Assembly (NCBI GenBank): GCA_029939995.1 | Contig: JAOZRW010000001.1 | Span: 25,656 to 89,655, forward strand | Direction of reading: 5' to 3' | Length of the DNA: 64,000 nt | Source: Acidimicrobiia bacterium | GTDB taxonomy: Bacteria > Actinomycetota > Acidimicrobiia > Spongiisociales > UBA5794 | Shown: positions 50,231 through 59,473 of the stretch, in pieces | Numbering within the stretch: the stretch's first letter is position 1 | How the letters are laid out: each line of letters opens with the position of its first letter | Translations under genes and position numbers: made by a program | The notes under the pieces: model-generated | Told to the model about the DNA's origin: nothing | What the model saw: only the letters and a program-made list of their open reading frames with translations | The model's database searches: none

Positions 50231-51055
50231 TCACTCGGACGCGGCCGACGCCCTCCGGGACCGCCGGCCCCCACCGCCGGTGGGCGGCTCCCATCGGAAC
50301 CAGCGGATCGCCAGGATCAGGGACACGACTCCCCACAAGGCGAGGTAGGCGAGATCGAGCCACGAGAACGAAGCCCTCGTCGCGGCTGGGCTGAAGGCCG
50401 CGACGAACGGCTCCACAAAGTGCTTGAGCGGGAAGAAGCTCGCGACGGCGTTGAGCCAGGTCGGCATCTTCTCTGCCGGAACGATGAAGACTCCCGATAC
50501 GAACGCCAGGGGCAACAACGTGGCGTTCGCGATCGCCGTGGCACCCGGGCCCGACGGCGCGAGCGCGGCCACCAACAGGCCCAGGGCCGCGAACGCCGCC
50601 ACCCCGACGAAGAACACAACGAGAAGCGTGGGGATCGTCTCCGGATACACCTGGAGACCGAAGAAGGCGAGACCGGCACCGAGCATGATGAGGGCACCGA
50701 TCACGGCGATCGCTATCGAGGAGAGGATCTTGCCGGCGAAGTAGATCCACGCCGGCAGCGGCGTCCCCCTGACCCGTTTGAGGATCCCCTCGTCTCGCTG
50801 ATAGGCGGTGTTGATCGAGATGTTCGTGTACGTGGCCGACACTGCCGAGAACACGGCGAGCGACGGGGCATAGAACTGAGCGGTCGTGATCCCGAGGTAG
50901 TCGATCCGTTCGTTCCCGAAGACGAGGGAGAACACGACGAAGATCAACAGCGGGAACAAGACCGTGAAGAACGCGGAGATCGGCGTCCTCCAGAAGATCC
51001 GCCACTCGTACCGGGTCTGATTGGCCACGAGTGCGAACGCGGATGGGCGTTTCAT
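50231..51055 (-). CDS. ABC-2 type transporter permease
   Basis: Start at MKRPSAFALVANQTRYEWRIFWR. Six TM helices. Start overlaps the ATPase stop (ATGA). Confidence 0.8.
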   Translation of the reverse strand: MKRPSAFALVANQTRYEWRIFWRTPISAFFTVLFPLLIFVVFSLVFGNERIDYLGITTAQFYAPSLAVFSAVSATYTNISINTAYQRDEGILKRVRGTPLPAWIYFAGKILSSIAIAVIGALIMLGAGLAFFGLQVYPETIPTLLVVFFVGVAAFAALGLLVAALAPSGPGATAIANATLLPLAFVSGVFIVPAEKMPTWLNAVASFFPLKHFVEPFVAAFSPAATRASFSWLDLAYLALWGVVSLILAIRWFRWEPPTGGGGRRSRRASAASE

Positions 51056-51948
51056 CGCTCTTCCCCGTCGGTGAGTTCGAGGTAGACGTCTTCGAGCGAC
51101 GGACGGGTCACGGTGAGGCCGTCGAGAGCGACGTGGCGCCCAACGGCCCACCCGGTCAACGTGTGGAGCACGGCCGTCGGGTCGTCGGTGCGATACTCGA
51201 CGATCGTCCCGTCCACGAGCGTCGGATCGACCGGCAGTTCGCCGGCGAGGGCAGCCTCCAGCGAGAAACGGATCGTCGTGTGGGCCGTTTCTCTTCCACC
51301 GAGGGTGTCCGGGGTTCCTTCGGCAACGATCAGCCCGTTGTTGATCACCGCCACGCGATCGGCAAGGTTCTGGGCTTCGTCCATGTAGTGGGTCGTGAGA
51401 AGGATCGTCTTGCCGAGGGTCGAAAGGTTGGCGATCATCTCCCAGGCGTGTCTCCTCGCCGAAGGATCGAAGCCGGTCGTTGGTTCGTCGAGGAAGATCA
51501 GGTCCGGATCGCCGACGATCCCGAGTGCCACTTCGAGGCGGCGCTTCTGACCACCCGAGAGCGTCTTCACCCTCGCGTCCGCTTTCTCACCCAGGCCGAC
51601 GATGTCGATGAGGTCGCCGGTGACGAGGCGTTTCGGATAGACACGGCCGTAGGTGTCGATGGCCTCGCGGACGGTGAGGTCCCGCTCCACCGAAGATTCC
51701 TGGAGCACGATCCCGATCCGCTCCTTGAACGCCCGCTCGTTGTCTGCCGGGTCGTACCCGAGCACATCGACGTGGCCGCCGGTGCGATCGCGGTAGCCCT
51801 CGAGGATCTCCACGGTGGTCGTCTTCCCGGCGCCGTTGGGACCGAGCAGGGCGAACACCTCCCCCTCCTCGATCGTGAAGTCGATACCGGCGACCGCGTC
51901 GCTGTCGCCGTAGCGCTTCGTCAGATTCGTAACCGTCACGACCGCCAC
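51052..51948 (-). CDS. ABC transporter ATP-binding protein (DrrA-like)
   Basis: GTG after GAGGGGAGGG. GPNGAGKTTT, LSGGQKRRLEVA and IFLDEPTTGFD motifs. The rest of the 613-aa track ORF is artefact. Confidence 0.9.
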   Translation of the reverse strand: MAVVTVTNLTKRYGDSDAVAGIDFTIEEGEVFALLGPNGAGKTTTVEILEGYRDRTGGHVDVLGYDPADNERAFKERIGIVLQESSVERDLTVREAIDTYGRVYPKRLVTGDLIDIVGLGEKADARVKTLSGGQKRRLEVALGIVGDPDLIFLDEPTTGFDPSARRHAWEMIANLSTLGKTILLTTHYMDEAQNLADRVAVINNGLIVAEGTPDTLGGRETAHTTIRFSLEAALAGELPVDPTLVDGTIVEYRTDDPTAVLHTLTGWAVGRHVALDGLTVTRPSLEDVYLELTDGEER

Positions 51949-52050
51949 AGGACCCTCCCCTCGGCGGCGTACAGACTGGCACAGTTCGCCGTGCTCTGCC
52001 GGAGCGAAAGTCCCGGGAACCCGGTAGCCCGGCAGTAACGTCTCACCACC

Positions 52051-52824
52051 ATGATCATACGACTGGTCCTGCTCGCCCTGCCCTTCGCTCTCGTTGCAAC
52101 CGCCTGCAGTTCGGGGGACGGAGCCGTGCCGACGGACAACGCCTGGCAACTGGCCCAGATCGGCGGACCTGACGGGACGATGACGCCCCTCACCACCGGG
52201 CCGGCACCGACGCTCGTCTTCCAAGACGGCACGGCGGCCGGGAACGCCTCGTGCAACCAGTACTCCGGGTCGTACGAGCTCGACGGATCGTCGCTCGCCT
52301 TCGGGCCGTTCATCTCCACCGAGATGTTCTGCGGCGATGAGGGTGTGATGGAGCAGGAGGCCGCCTACCTCTCCGCGCTGGCGTCCGTCGACGGCTGGAG
52401 CATCGACGGCGAAACCCTGACGCTGTCGTCGGGCGGCGAGCCGGTGCTCGTGTACGAGGCCATCTCGCAGGATCTGGCCGGCACCTCCTGGGATCTGCTC
52501 TTCTACAACAACGGAACGGGCGGGTTCCAGTCGGCGTGGGGCGACGAGCCCGTCACTGCGGTGTTCGGCGACGACGGGACCTTGGCAGGATCGGCCGGCT
52601 GCAACAGCTACACGACGTCGTGGGCGACGGACGGCGAGTCCATCGAGATCGGACCGGCCGCCTCGACGAAGATGATGTGCCCGGATGAGCAGGTCATGAA
52701 CCAGGAGGCCCGGTATCTGGAGCTCCTCGGTCTCGCCGACACCTATCGCGTCGACGCCGGAACACTCGACATGTTCGATGCGGACGGCATGCGCATCCTT
52801 CAGTTCGCCGTATCTACCGGTTGA
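52051..52824 (+). CDS. lipoprotein with two META (HslJ-like) domains
   Basis: Lipobox LVATAC. The repeat NxCNxYxGSY..TxMxC occurs twice (ASCNQYSGSYE..TEMFC and AGCNSYTTSWA..TKMMC). Confidence 0.8.
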   Translation: MIIRLVLLALPFALVATACSSGDGAVPTDNAWQLAQIGGPDGTMTPLTTGPAPTLVFQDGTAAGNASCNQYSGSYELDGSSLAFGPFISTEMFCGDEGVMEQEAAYLSALASVDGWSIDGETLTLSSGGEPVLVYEAISQDLAGTSWDLLFYNNGTGGFQSAWGDEPVTAVFGDDGTLAGSAGCNSYTTSWATDGESIEIGPAASTKMMCPDEQVMNQEARYLELLGLADTYRVDAGTLDMFDADGMRILQFAVSTG

Positions 52825-52878
52825 CGAACGGACCGGCGATCGGCCCCCTTGACGTCGACCGCTCCATCGCAGACAATC

Positions 52879-52895
52879 ACATGTGCCCCACATGT
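52879..52895. promoter_or_regulatory. candidate VapB operator: two ACATGT palindromes 11 bp apart
   Basis: acatgt-gcccc-acatgt lies just upstream of vapB, downstream of TTGACG-17 nt-GACAAT. Confidence 0.35.
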
Positions 52896-52909
52896 TCTAG
52901 TCTGAAGGC

Positions 52910-53152
52910 ATGGTGATGATCCAGATCCGCAACGTCCCGCCCGATCTCCACGAACGGCTCAAGCAGCGTGCCGCGTCCGAGGGCATGAACCTCTCCGACT
53001 ACCTGAAGCGTGAGCTCGAGCGAATCGTCTCGGTCCCGACCAACGCCGAGATCTTCGCGGAGATCGAGGCGGATAGGAAGGCCGGCCGGCTCCTCGGAAT
53101 CCACTCCGACGAGATCGTTCGCGGAATCCGCGAGGACCGGGAGTCTCGTTGA
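52910..53152 (+). CDS. vapB: ribbon-helix-helix antitoxin (VapB/FitA-like)
   Basis: MIQIRNVPPDLHERLKQRAASEGMNLSDYLKREL is a typical RHH antitoxin N-terminus. Confidence 0.8.
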   Translation: MVMIQIRNVPPDLHERLKQRAASEGMNLSDYLKRELERIVSVPTNAEIFAEIEADRKAGRLLGIHSDEIVRGIREDRESR

Positions 53153-53532
53153 CCGCCGTCGTAGACGCTTCGGTCCTGGTCACGGCCCTCGCGGATCACG
53201 GCGAGCGCGGATCGGTCGCAAGCTCCGCACTGTCGGAGACGGCTCTCCTCGCGCCTCACGTCATCGACCTCGAGGTCGTGCAAAGCCTGCGGCGCCACGA
53301 GCGGGGCGGGCACGACCGCGCTGCTACCGCGCTCCGCCGATTCCGGCTCATCCCGATCACGCGATTCGACCACACGCCGTTCCTGTCGCGCATATGGGAG
53401 CTGCGCGACAACCTGTCTGCGTACGACGCCGCCTACATCGCCCTGTCAGAAGCGACGAGGGTGCCGCTCCTCACCCTCGACCGGAAGATCGCGAATGCTC
53501 CCGGCCACCACGCCGAGGTCATCGTTCTCTGA
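53149..53532 (+). CDS. vapC: PIN-domain ribonuclease toxin VapC
   Basis: TTGA overlap with vapB. VVDASVLV..AYDAAYIALSEA..LLTLD are the conserved PIN acidic residues. Confidence 0.85.
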   Translation: MTAVVDASVLVTALADHGERGSVASSALSETALLAPHVIDLEVVQSLRRHERGGHDRAATALRRFRLIPITRFDHTPFLSRIWELRDNLSAYDAAYIALSEATRVPLLTLDRKIANAPGHHAEVIVL

Positions 53533-54405
53533 TCACTCGATCCAGCGGGTCGGCCGCTCTTTGAGCCGGGCGAAGCCGAGTTCCTCGCAGAACGCTTCGT
53601 AGCGTCCCCGGGGGACGCCCTTCCATTCGAGGTCGCCGAACGACTCGGGGAGGGGGACGTCCGTGCGTAACTGAGCGAGGAACCGGTACAGCAACGCGTC
53701 GCCCATCCGTCGTCGGAGCGTCGCCGCGAGCTTGTCGGCGCTGCGGATCTTGACGTCCCACAACGACGCGTCGAGCGGGATGTCTTCGAGATGGCCGTAT
53801 CGGGCCAGGATCGTCGCCGACGACTTGGCTCCCCACCCGGGAAGACCGGGCAACCCGTCGGCGGCGTCGCCGACCAGTGCCAGCCAGTCCGGGATCGATA
53901 CCGGTTCGACCCCGAACTTCTCCACGACGGCGTCGCGATCGATGAAGGCACCCTTCCGGCGGTCGTAGCCGACGATCCGCGGATCGCCGTAGAGCTGTGC
54001 CATGTCCTTGTCGGGAGACATGATGACGACCTGTTCGACATCGTCGACCCAGCGGCGAGCGCCGGTGGCGAGACCGTCGTCGGCTTCGTAGTCGAACATC
54101 GACCAGACGGTGACCCCGATGGCCCGCATCGCTCGCTCGGCGAGCGGGAACTGGTCGAGAAGGCTCTGGTCGATGCCTTCTCCCGTCTTGTACTCGGAGA
54201 AGACCTCGTTGCGGAATGACTCGACGACGGAGTCGAACGATGCAGCGACGTGCGTGATCCCCGGTTCGGCGAGCAGCGACAACGTCGAGGCGATGATCCC
54301 GTACGTCGCCTTCACGTCACGACCGTCGGGCGCCGTGCGGTCCGGTCCACCCCCGAAGTGGTTGCGGAACAGTTCGTAGGTTCCGTCGATGAGATACAGC
54401 TTCAT
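53533..54405 (-). CDS. 5'-3' exonuclease (FEN-like, Pol I N-terminal domain homolog)
   Basis: MKLYLIDGTYELFRNHF, YEADDGLAT and H3TH GDAADGLPGLPGWGAKSSATIL motifs. Confidence 0.9.
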   Translation of the reverse strand: MKLYLIDGTYELFRNHFGGGPDRTAPDGRDVKATYGIIASTLSLLAEPGITHVAASFDSVVESFRNEVFSEYKTGEGIDQSLLDQFPLAERAMRAIGVTVWSMFDYEADDGLATGARRWVDDVEQVVIMSPDKDMAQLYGDPRIVGYDRRKGAFIDRDAVVEKFGVEPVSIPDWLALVGDAADGLPGLPGWGAKSSATILARYGHLEDIPLDASLWDVKIRSADKLAATLRRRMGDALLYRFLAQLRTDVPLPESFGDLEWKGVPRGRYEAFCEELGFARLKERPTRWIE

Positions 54406-54489
54406 GCCCCGACGGTACCAACGTCGCCGGGAACGGGCACCCTCGATCGGCCGCCATCGAAGCCTCGGCTCCGGGTATCCTGACGCCGA

Positions 54490-54562
54490 GGGCCTGTAGC
54501 TCCAATGGCAGAGCAGCGGACTTTTAATCCGAAGCGTGTGGGTTCGAGTCCCACCGGGCCCA
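54490..54562 (+). tRNA. tRNA-Lys (anticodon UUU)
   Basis: Cloverleaf by hand: acceptor GGGCCTG/CGGGCCC, D arm GCTC..GAGC, anticodon loop CTTTTAA, T arm GTGGG-TTCGAGT-CCCAC, discriminator A. No encoded CCA. Confidence 0.92.
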
Positions 54563-54566
54563 CTCA

Positions 54567-54618
54567 GGTGTCTGGCGTTGATCCAGACGGTATCTCGTAT
54601 GGATCAACGCCAGACACC
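54567..54618 (+). terminator. 19-bp perfect hairpin immediately after tRNA-Lys
   Basis: ggtgtctggcgttgatcca - 14 nt loop - tggatcaacgccagacacc. No U-tract. Confidence 0.55.
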
Positions 54619-54643
54619 CGGGACATATTCGGAAGGAGCCATT

Positions 54644-54916
54644 GTGGGGACCATCATCGGGACGATCATCGGCGGACTCATCATGGGACTCATCCTGGGC
54701 CCGATCGGACGGCTGCTCAGGCCCGGCAAGCAGGACATCTCGCTGATCGGCACGATCCTCGTCGGTGCAGGTGCAGCGATCCTCGGCGGTTTCGTCGCCT
54801 CGCTCCTCGGCGTCGGAAACACCGCCGGCATCGACTGGATCAAGCTCATGATCCAAATCGTCTTCGCCGTGATCGGCATCGGGCTCTTCGCCGGCGCCAG
54901 CGGAAATCGGAGGTAG
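54644..54916 (+). CDS. GlsB/YeaQ/YmgE family stress membrane protein
   Basis: GTG after GGAAGGAG. Gly-rich TM repeats GTIIGTIIGGLIMGLILGPIG..ILGGFVASLLG. Confidence 0.8.
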   Translation: MGTIIGTIIGGLIMGLILGPIGRLLRPGKQDISLIGTILVGAGAAILGGFVASLLGVGNTAGIDWIKLMIQIVFAVIGIGLFAGASGNRR

Positions 54917-54918
54917 TC

Positions 54919-55926
54919 ATGGACACCGCATCGTTCGTCCGCTCGCTTCCGAAAGCCGAACTCCACCTCCACATCGAGGGAACCCTCGAACCGGAGATGA
55001 TGTTCGAACTCGCCGCCCGCAACGGCATCGACCTGCCGTTCGCCACCGTCGACGAGGTGCGTGCCGCGTACGAGTTCTCCGATCTGCAGACGTTCCTCGA
55101 CATCTACTACCAGGGTGCGGCCGTGCTCGTCACCGAGGAGGACTTCTACGACCTGATGGTGGCCTATCTCGGCCGGGCCGCCCGCGATGGCGTCCGCCGC
55201 GCCGAGATCTTCTTCGATCCGCAGACGCACACGGAGCGCGGGATCGAGTTCCCCGTGTTCATGCACGGGTTCAAGCGAGCCATCACCTATGCCGCGGATC
55301 GGTGGGGGATCTCGGCCGCTTTGATCATGTCGTTCCTCCGCCACCTCCCCGGTGATGCGGCGCTGGGTACGTGGCATGAAGCCGAGCCATTCCTCGACGA
55401 CATCATCGGGGTCGGTCTCGATTCGGCGGAGGTCGGCAACCCGCCGGAGTGGTTCTTCGAGGCCTATGCGCTCGCGAGAGCCGCCGGACTCCACGCCGTC
55501 GCTCACGCCGGCGAGGAGGGGCCCCCTTCCTATATCACGGGTGCCCTGGACACGCTCCACGCCGAGCGCATCGACCACGGTGTCCGGTGCGAGGAGGATC
55601 CCGCGTTGGTCGAGCGTCTCATCAGCGAGCGCATCCCGTTGACGATGTGCCCGCTCTCGAACGTGAAGCTGCGCGTCTTCGATCGTCTCGAAGATCACAA
55701 CTTGAAGCGCCTCCTCGATCGCGGCGTTCGGGTGACGATCAACTCCGACGACCCCGCCTATTTCGGCGGCTATGTGTTGGACAACTACGTGAACGCTGCC
55801 GAGGCGCTGGACCTGAGTCGCGATGATCTCGTGACGCTGGCTCGCAATTCGATCGAGGCGACGTTCCTCCCCGATGAGCACAAGCGGGCGCTGCTCGACG
55901 AGCTGGATGCTGTGGCCGCCGGCTGA
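54919..55926 (+). CDS. adenosine/adenine deaminase family protein
   Basis: LPKAELHLHIEGTL, HAGEEGP and INSDDPAYFGG metal and catalytic motifs. Confidence 0.9.
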   Translation: MDTASFVRSLPKAELHLHIEGTLEPEMMFELAARNGIDLPFATVDEVRAAYEFSDLQTFLDIYYQGAAVLVTEEDFYDLMVAYLGRAARDGVRRAEIFFDPQTHTERGIEFPVFMHGFKRAITYAADRWGISAALIMSFLRHLPGDAALGTWHEAEPFLDDIIGVGLDSAEVGNPPEWFFEAYALARAAGLHAVAHAGEEGPPSYITGALDTLHAERIDHGVRCEEDPALVERLISERIPLTMCPLSNVKLRVFDRLEDHNLKRLLDRGVRVTINSDDPAYFGGYVLDNYVNAAEALDLSRDDLVTLARNSIEATFLPDEHKRALLDELDAVAAG

Positions 55927-55929
55927 CCT

Positions 55930-56871
55930 TCACTCCCGTTCGAACACGGTCCCCATGGCGGCGGGAGCCTCGCTTCCGAGCAAGTTCCGCATCTTCGGGA
56001 ATCGGTCCCCGATCCGGCGGAACCAGTCGGAGTAGACGAAGACGAGCGCGAGGATCATCAGCGGGAACGGGGCGATCGGGAGGACCTGTGCGACACCGGG
56101 GAACACGTTCTGGAGCTGGAACGCAAGCACCTGAAGCGCTCCGAACAGGTAGGCGCCGAACGCGACGCGAAGCGGGTGCCATCCTCCGAAGATCACGATC
56201 GCGAGTGCGATCCACCCGAGGTTCAGCGTCAGCGTCTCCCGCCATCCGAGCTTGACGTCCAGCGAGTAGGCGGCGCCGGCGATGCCGACCATCGCCCCAC
56301 CGAGGACGGTGTACCAGAAGCGGAGCATGTTCACCGGGATGCCGCGAGCGAACGCGGCCTCGGGGCGCTCGCCGATTCCCTGGAGGTTGAGGCCGGGCCG
56401 CGTCCGGTAGAAGTACCACCAGGTTGCGAAGATCGCCACGTAGCTGAAGTAGACGACGAGATCGTGGTCGAAGAACACCTTTCCAACGAACGGGATGTCC
56501 GAGAGGAACGGGATCGGCAGCGGCGGGACTCTCGGTCCCCGCTCTCCGACGAACGAGTCTCCGAGGAAGGATGCCAGTTCGATGGCGAGGAGCGTCAGGA
56601 CGAATCCGACGGCGATCTGATTGAGCTTCAACCGGATGCTCGAGAAGGCGATGATCGCGGCGATCGCGGCGCCGACCGCGGCGGCCGCGGCGAACCCCAC
56701 GAGAGCGTTCCCGACCCAGAACGCGATGGCGAACGCGGTCATCGCCGACAGGCGAAGGCTGCCCTCCAACGACATGTTGATGACCCCCGACTTCTCGGTG
56801 ATCGTCTCACCCATCGTGGCGATGATGAGCGGCGCCGCTGCGGCGATGATCGAATTGAACGTCGCTTCCAC
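55930..56871 (-). CDS. ABC transporter permease (BMP/nucleoside-type, NupQ-like)
   Basis: GTG start 2 nt after the upstream stop. ATMGETITEKSGVINMSLEG is typical of this permease family. Confidence 0.85.
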   Translation of the reverse strand: MEATFNSIIAAAAPLIIATMGETITEKSGVINMSLEGSLRLSAMTAFAIAFWVGNALVGFAAAAAVGAAIAAIIAFSSIRLKLNQIAVGFVLTLLAIELASFLGDSFVGERGPRVPPLPIPFLSDIPFVGKVFFDHDLVVYFSYVAIFATWWYFYRTRPGLNLQGIGERPEAAFARGIPVNMLRFWYTVLGGAMVGIAGAAYSLDVKLGWRETLTLNLGWIALAIVIFGGWHPLRVAFGAYLFGALQVLAFQLQNVFPGVAQVLPIAPFPLMILALVFVYSDWFRRIGDRFPKMRNLLGSEAPAAMGTVFERE

Positions 56872-56873
56872 GG

Positions 56874-57923
56874 TCAGGGCTCCTCTTGAGGTGTCAGCCG
56901 GTTGCTCGCTCGGCGGACGCTCCAGGCACCACCGAACATCACGAACAGGACGATGATGCCCTGGAGGACGCCGCCGAAGGCGGAGTCCAGACCGAGTTGC
57001 AGATCGAGTTGGGTGCTCCCTACGGAGATCCCGACGAAGAACAGGGCGATCGGAGCGATCCACACGGCGCTGAAGCCTGCGAGCAGCACGACGAGGATGC
57101 CGAGGAACCCGTAGCCGCCCGAGATCGCCGGCACGAGCTTGTGGTGGAACGCAGCCACCTGAACCGTCCCCGCGATCCCCGCGAGCGCTCCGCCGATGGC
57201 GAACGCCCCGAGCATGTAGCGGTTGGTGGGGATCCCGAGCAGGAACGAGCTGTACGGGTTACTTCCCACGGCCTTGAGTCGCAGGCCGAACAGGGTGCCG
57301 CGCAGGAGCATCCACACGATGAGGACGGATAGGAGACCGAGGATCACGGGGATCACCGGCCACCCGACGCCGAACGCCTGAAGCTCGGGCATCCAGGCTT
57401 CCGGTCGGAAGATGTCGGTTCCACTCGTCGATGCGACGCCCGCCCGCTTCCACGGACCGATCACGAGGTATGTGGCGAGTCCCGCCGCGACGAAATCGAG
57501 TCCGAGGCCGCCGAAGATCTCATGGACGTTGCCGTGGGTCTTGAGTACGCCGGCGAGCACGGCCCAGAGGAGCCCTCCGACCGCGCCGGCGAGGACCATC
57601 AGTGGGAGGAGCACCCAACCGGGGCCGGGCACCGTCCTGGCAACCCACGTCGCGGCGATGCCCCCCATGATGACCTGGCCTTCGACTCCGATGTTCCAGA
57701 GCCCTGCGGCGAAGGTGATCACGAGCCCCGCCGACGCCAGGAGGAGCGGCGACCAGGCGAGCAGCGTCGCCGAGATCTTCGACGCCGATCCGAACGATCC
57801 TTCGACGAGCAGACGGAACGTCTCGATCGGCGGCGCCCCGACGACGAGGAGGAGGGCGACGCCGACGGTGAGAGCGAGGGCAAGAGCGACGAGCGTCGGG
57901 ATCGCCGCCTGCGTCCGCGTCAC
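56874..57923 (-). CDS. ABC transporter permease (NupP-like)
   Basis: 349 aa. FAAGLWNIGVEGQVIMGG motif, about 9 TM helices. Overlaps the ATPase stop. Confidence 0.85.
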   Translation of the reverse strand: MTRTQAAIPTLVALALALTVGVALLLVVGAPPIETFRLLVEGSFGSASKISATLLAWSPLLLASAGLVITFAAGLWNIGVEGQVIMGGIAATWVARTVPGPGWVLLPLMVLAGAVGGLLWAVLAGVLKTHGNVHEIFGGLGLDFVAAGLATYLVIGPWKRAGVASTSGTDIFRPEAWMPELQAFGVGWPVIPVILGLLSVLIVWMLLRGTLFGLRLKAVGSNPYSSFLLGIPTNRYMLGAFAIGGALAGIAGTVQVAAFHHKLVPAISGGYGFLGILVVLLAGFSAVWIAPIALFFVGISVGSTQLDLQLGLDSAFGGVLQGIIVLFVMFGGAWSVRRASNRLTPQEEP

Positions 57924-59386
57924 GTGCGCACCTTCCCGCCGATGAGGTAGCCGAGTTCCTCTCCGTCGATCTCTGCAGCGTTACGGATCGCGAACACGCT
58001 CCCGGCGAAGAACACGATGATCCGGTCGCTGTAGTTCAGCAATTCGTCGAGATCCGCCGATGCGAACACGGTCGCGGTGCCGTGTTCCCGGCGCTCGAGC
58101 AGGCGGGCCCATACGAAGGCCGTCGACTCGACGTCGAGGCCGCGGGTCGGATGTTCGAGCAGGAGCAGCCGCACTTCGTCCGGGATCATGGCGAGAAGGA
58201 GCCGCTGCTGGTTCCCTCCCGACAGTTCCTCGGCCACCGACGACGGACGGCCCTTGATCGAGTACTCGTCGATCTCCGCTCCGGCGCGGGTATCCGCAGC
58301 CTTCCAGTCCACGAAGAACGCCTTCTCGTCGGAGGCCAGCACGAGGTGCTCGGCGATCGAGATTCCCTGGACGAGCCCCTCTTCGAGACGCCCGGCGGGG
58401 AGGTAGTGGACACCGGCCGCCAGATGCTCCCGATACGACGCATGGGTGAGATCCACGCCGTCGACGGTGAATGACCCCGATTCCGGCTGGACGAGTCCGG
58501 CGCATGCACGCAACAGGGTTCGCTGCCCGCTGCCTTCGAGACCGGCCAGGCCGACGACCTCGGACCGGGCGACCTCCAGATCGAGACCCTCGATGCGGGT
58601 CGTGCCTTCGCTGAGGGTGGCTCCCTCGATGCGAAGCATCACGTCGCCGAGCGGCACCGCGGTCCTCTCCTCTTCGACGAAGACGTTCCCGAACATCTTC
58701 TCGACGAGTGTCTCGGATGTCACCGGCATCTCCGCCTCGTAGACGACTTTCCCCCGACGGATCACGGTCACCGAGTCGCAGAGCGCCTCGACCTCTTCGA
58801 GCTTGTGCGACACGAACAGGACGATCATCCCACCGGCGGCGAGCGTCCGGAGGGTGTCGAACAGTTGGATCCGTTGCGACGCGGAGATGCCGGTCGTCGG
58901 CTCGTCGAAGATGAGGACCCGTGCCCCGAGCCAGAGAAGCCGGGTGATCGAGAGTTGCTGCCGCTCCCCGACCGTGAGATCTCGAACCAGTCGCTCGGGG
59001 TCGAATTCGAATCCGAGTTCCCCGCTGACCCGTTTCAGCTCCGCTTCGGCGGCGCTGCGGTCGAGTCGCACCGACCCGGGGCTTCCGAGGGCGAAGTTGT
59101 CCAGCACCGTGAACGGCAGAAACACGAGCGGGTCCTGGTGCAGCATGCCGATTCCGGCATCGATCGCGTCGGCGGGGGATCGGAGACGGAGCACCTCTCC
59201 GTCGAGGACGACCGCACCGGAGTCGGCTTCGTAGAACCCGGAGAGGATCTTCATCAGCGTCGACTTGCCGGCGCCGTTCTCACCGAGGATGCCGTGCAGC
59301 GAACCCTCGTCGACGGTGAACGTGACGCCGTCGCTGGCCCGGACGGGACCGAAGCGCTTGTGAATGTCGCGGATCTCCAACGCCAT
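57920..59386 (-). CDS. ABC transporter ATP-binding protein with duplicated ATPase domains
   Basis: Start at MALEIRDIHKRFG. GENGAGKST, FDEPT and a second LSGGNQQR..LEHPTRGLD cassette. Confidence 0.92.
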   Translation of the reverse strand: MALEIRDIHKRFGPVRASDGVTFTVDEGSLHGILGENGAGKSTLMKILSGFYEADSGAVVLDGEVLRLRSPADAIDAGIGMLHQDPLVFLPFTVLDNFALGSPGSVRLDRSAAEAELKRVSGELGFEFDPERLVRDLTVGERQQLSITRLLWLGARVLIFDEPTTGISASQRIQLFDTLRTLAAGGMIVLFVSHKLEEVEALCDSVTVIRRGKVVYEAEMPVTSETLVEKMFGNVFVEEERTAVPLGDVMLRIEGATLSEGTTRIEGLDLEVARSEVVGLAGLEGSGQRTLLRACAGLVQPESGSFTVDGVDLTHASYREHLAAGVHYLPAGRLEEGLVQGISIAEHLVLASDEKAFFVDWKAADTRAGAEIDEYSIKGRPSSVAEELSGGNQQRLLLAMIPDEVRLLLLEHPTRGLDVESTAFVWARLLERREHGTATVFASADLDELLNYSDRIIVFFAGSVFAIRNAAEIDGEELGYLIGGKVRT

Positions 59387-59426
59387 GTCAGCCGAGGTTA
59401 CTCGACACGAACCGTCCGGATACTCC

Positions 59427-59457
59427 GATGGGGGAGACCACAACGGTCTCCCCCATC
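59427..59457 (-). other. 13-bp perfect intercistronic hairpin between SBP and ATPase genes
   Basis: gatgggggagacc-acaac-ggtctcccccatc, located after the SBP stop. Confidence 0.5.
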
Positions 59458-59473
59458 GATGTCGACGTTGTCG

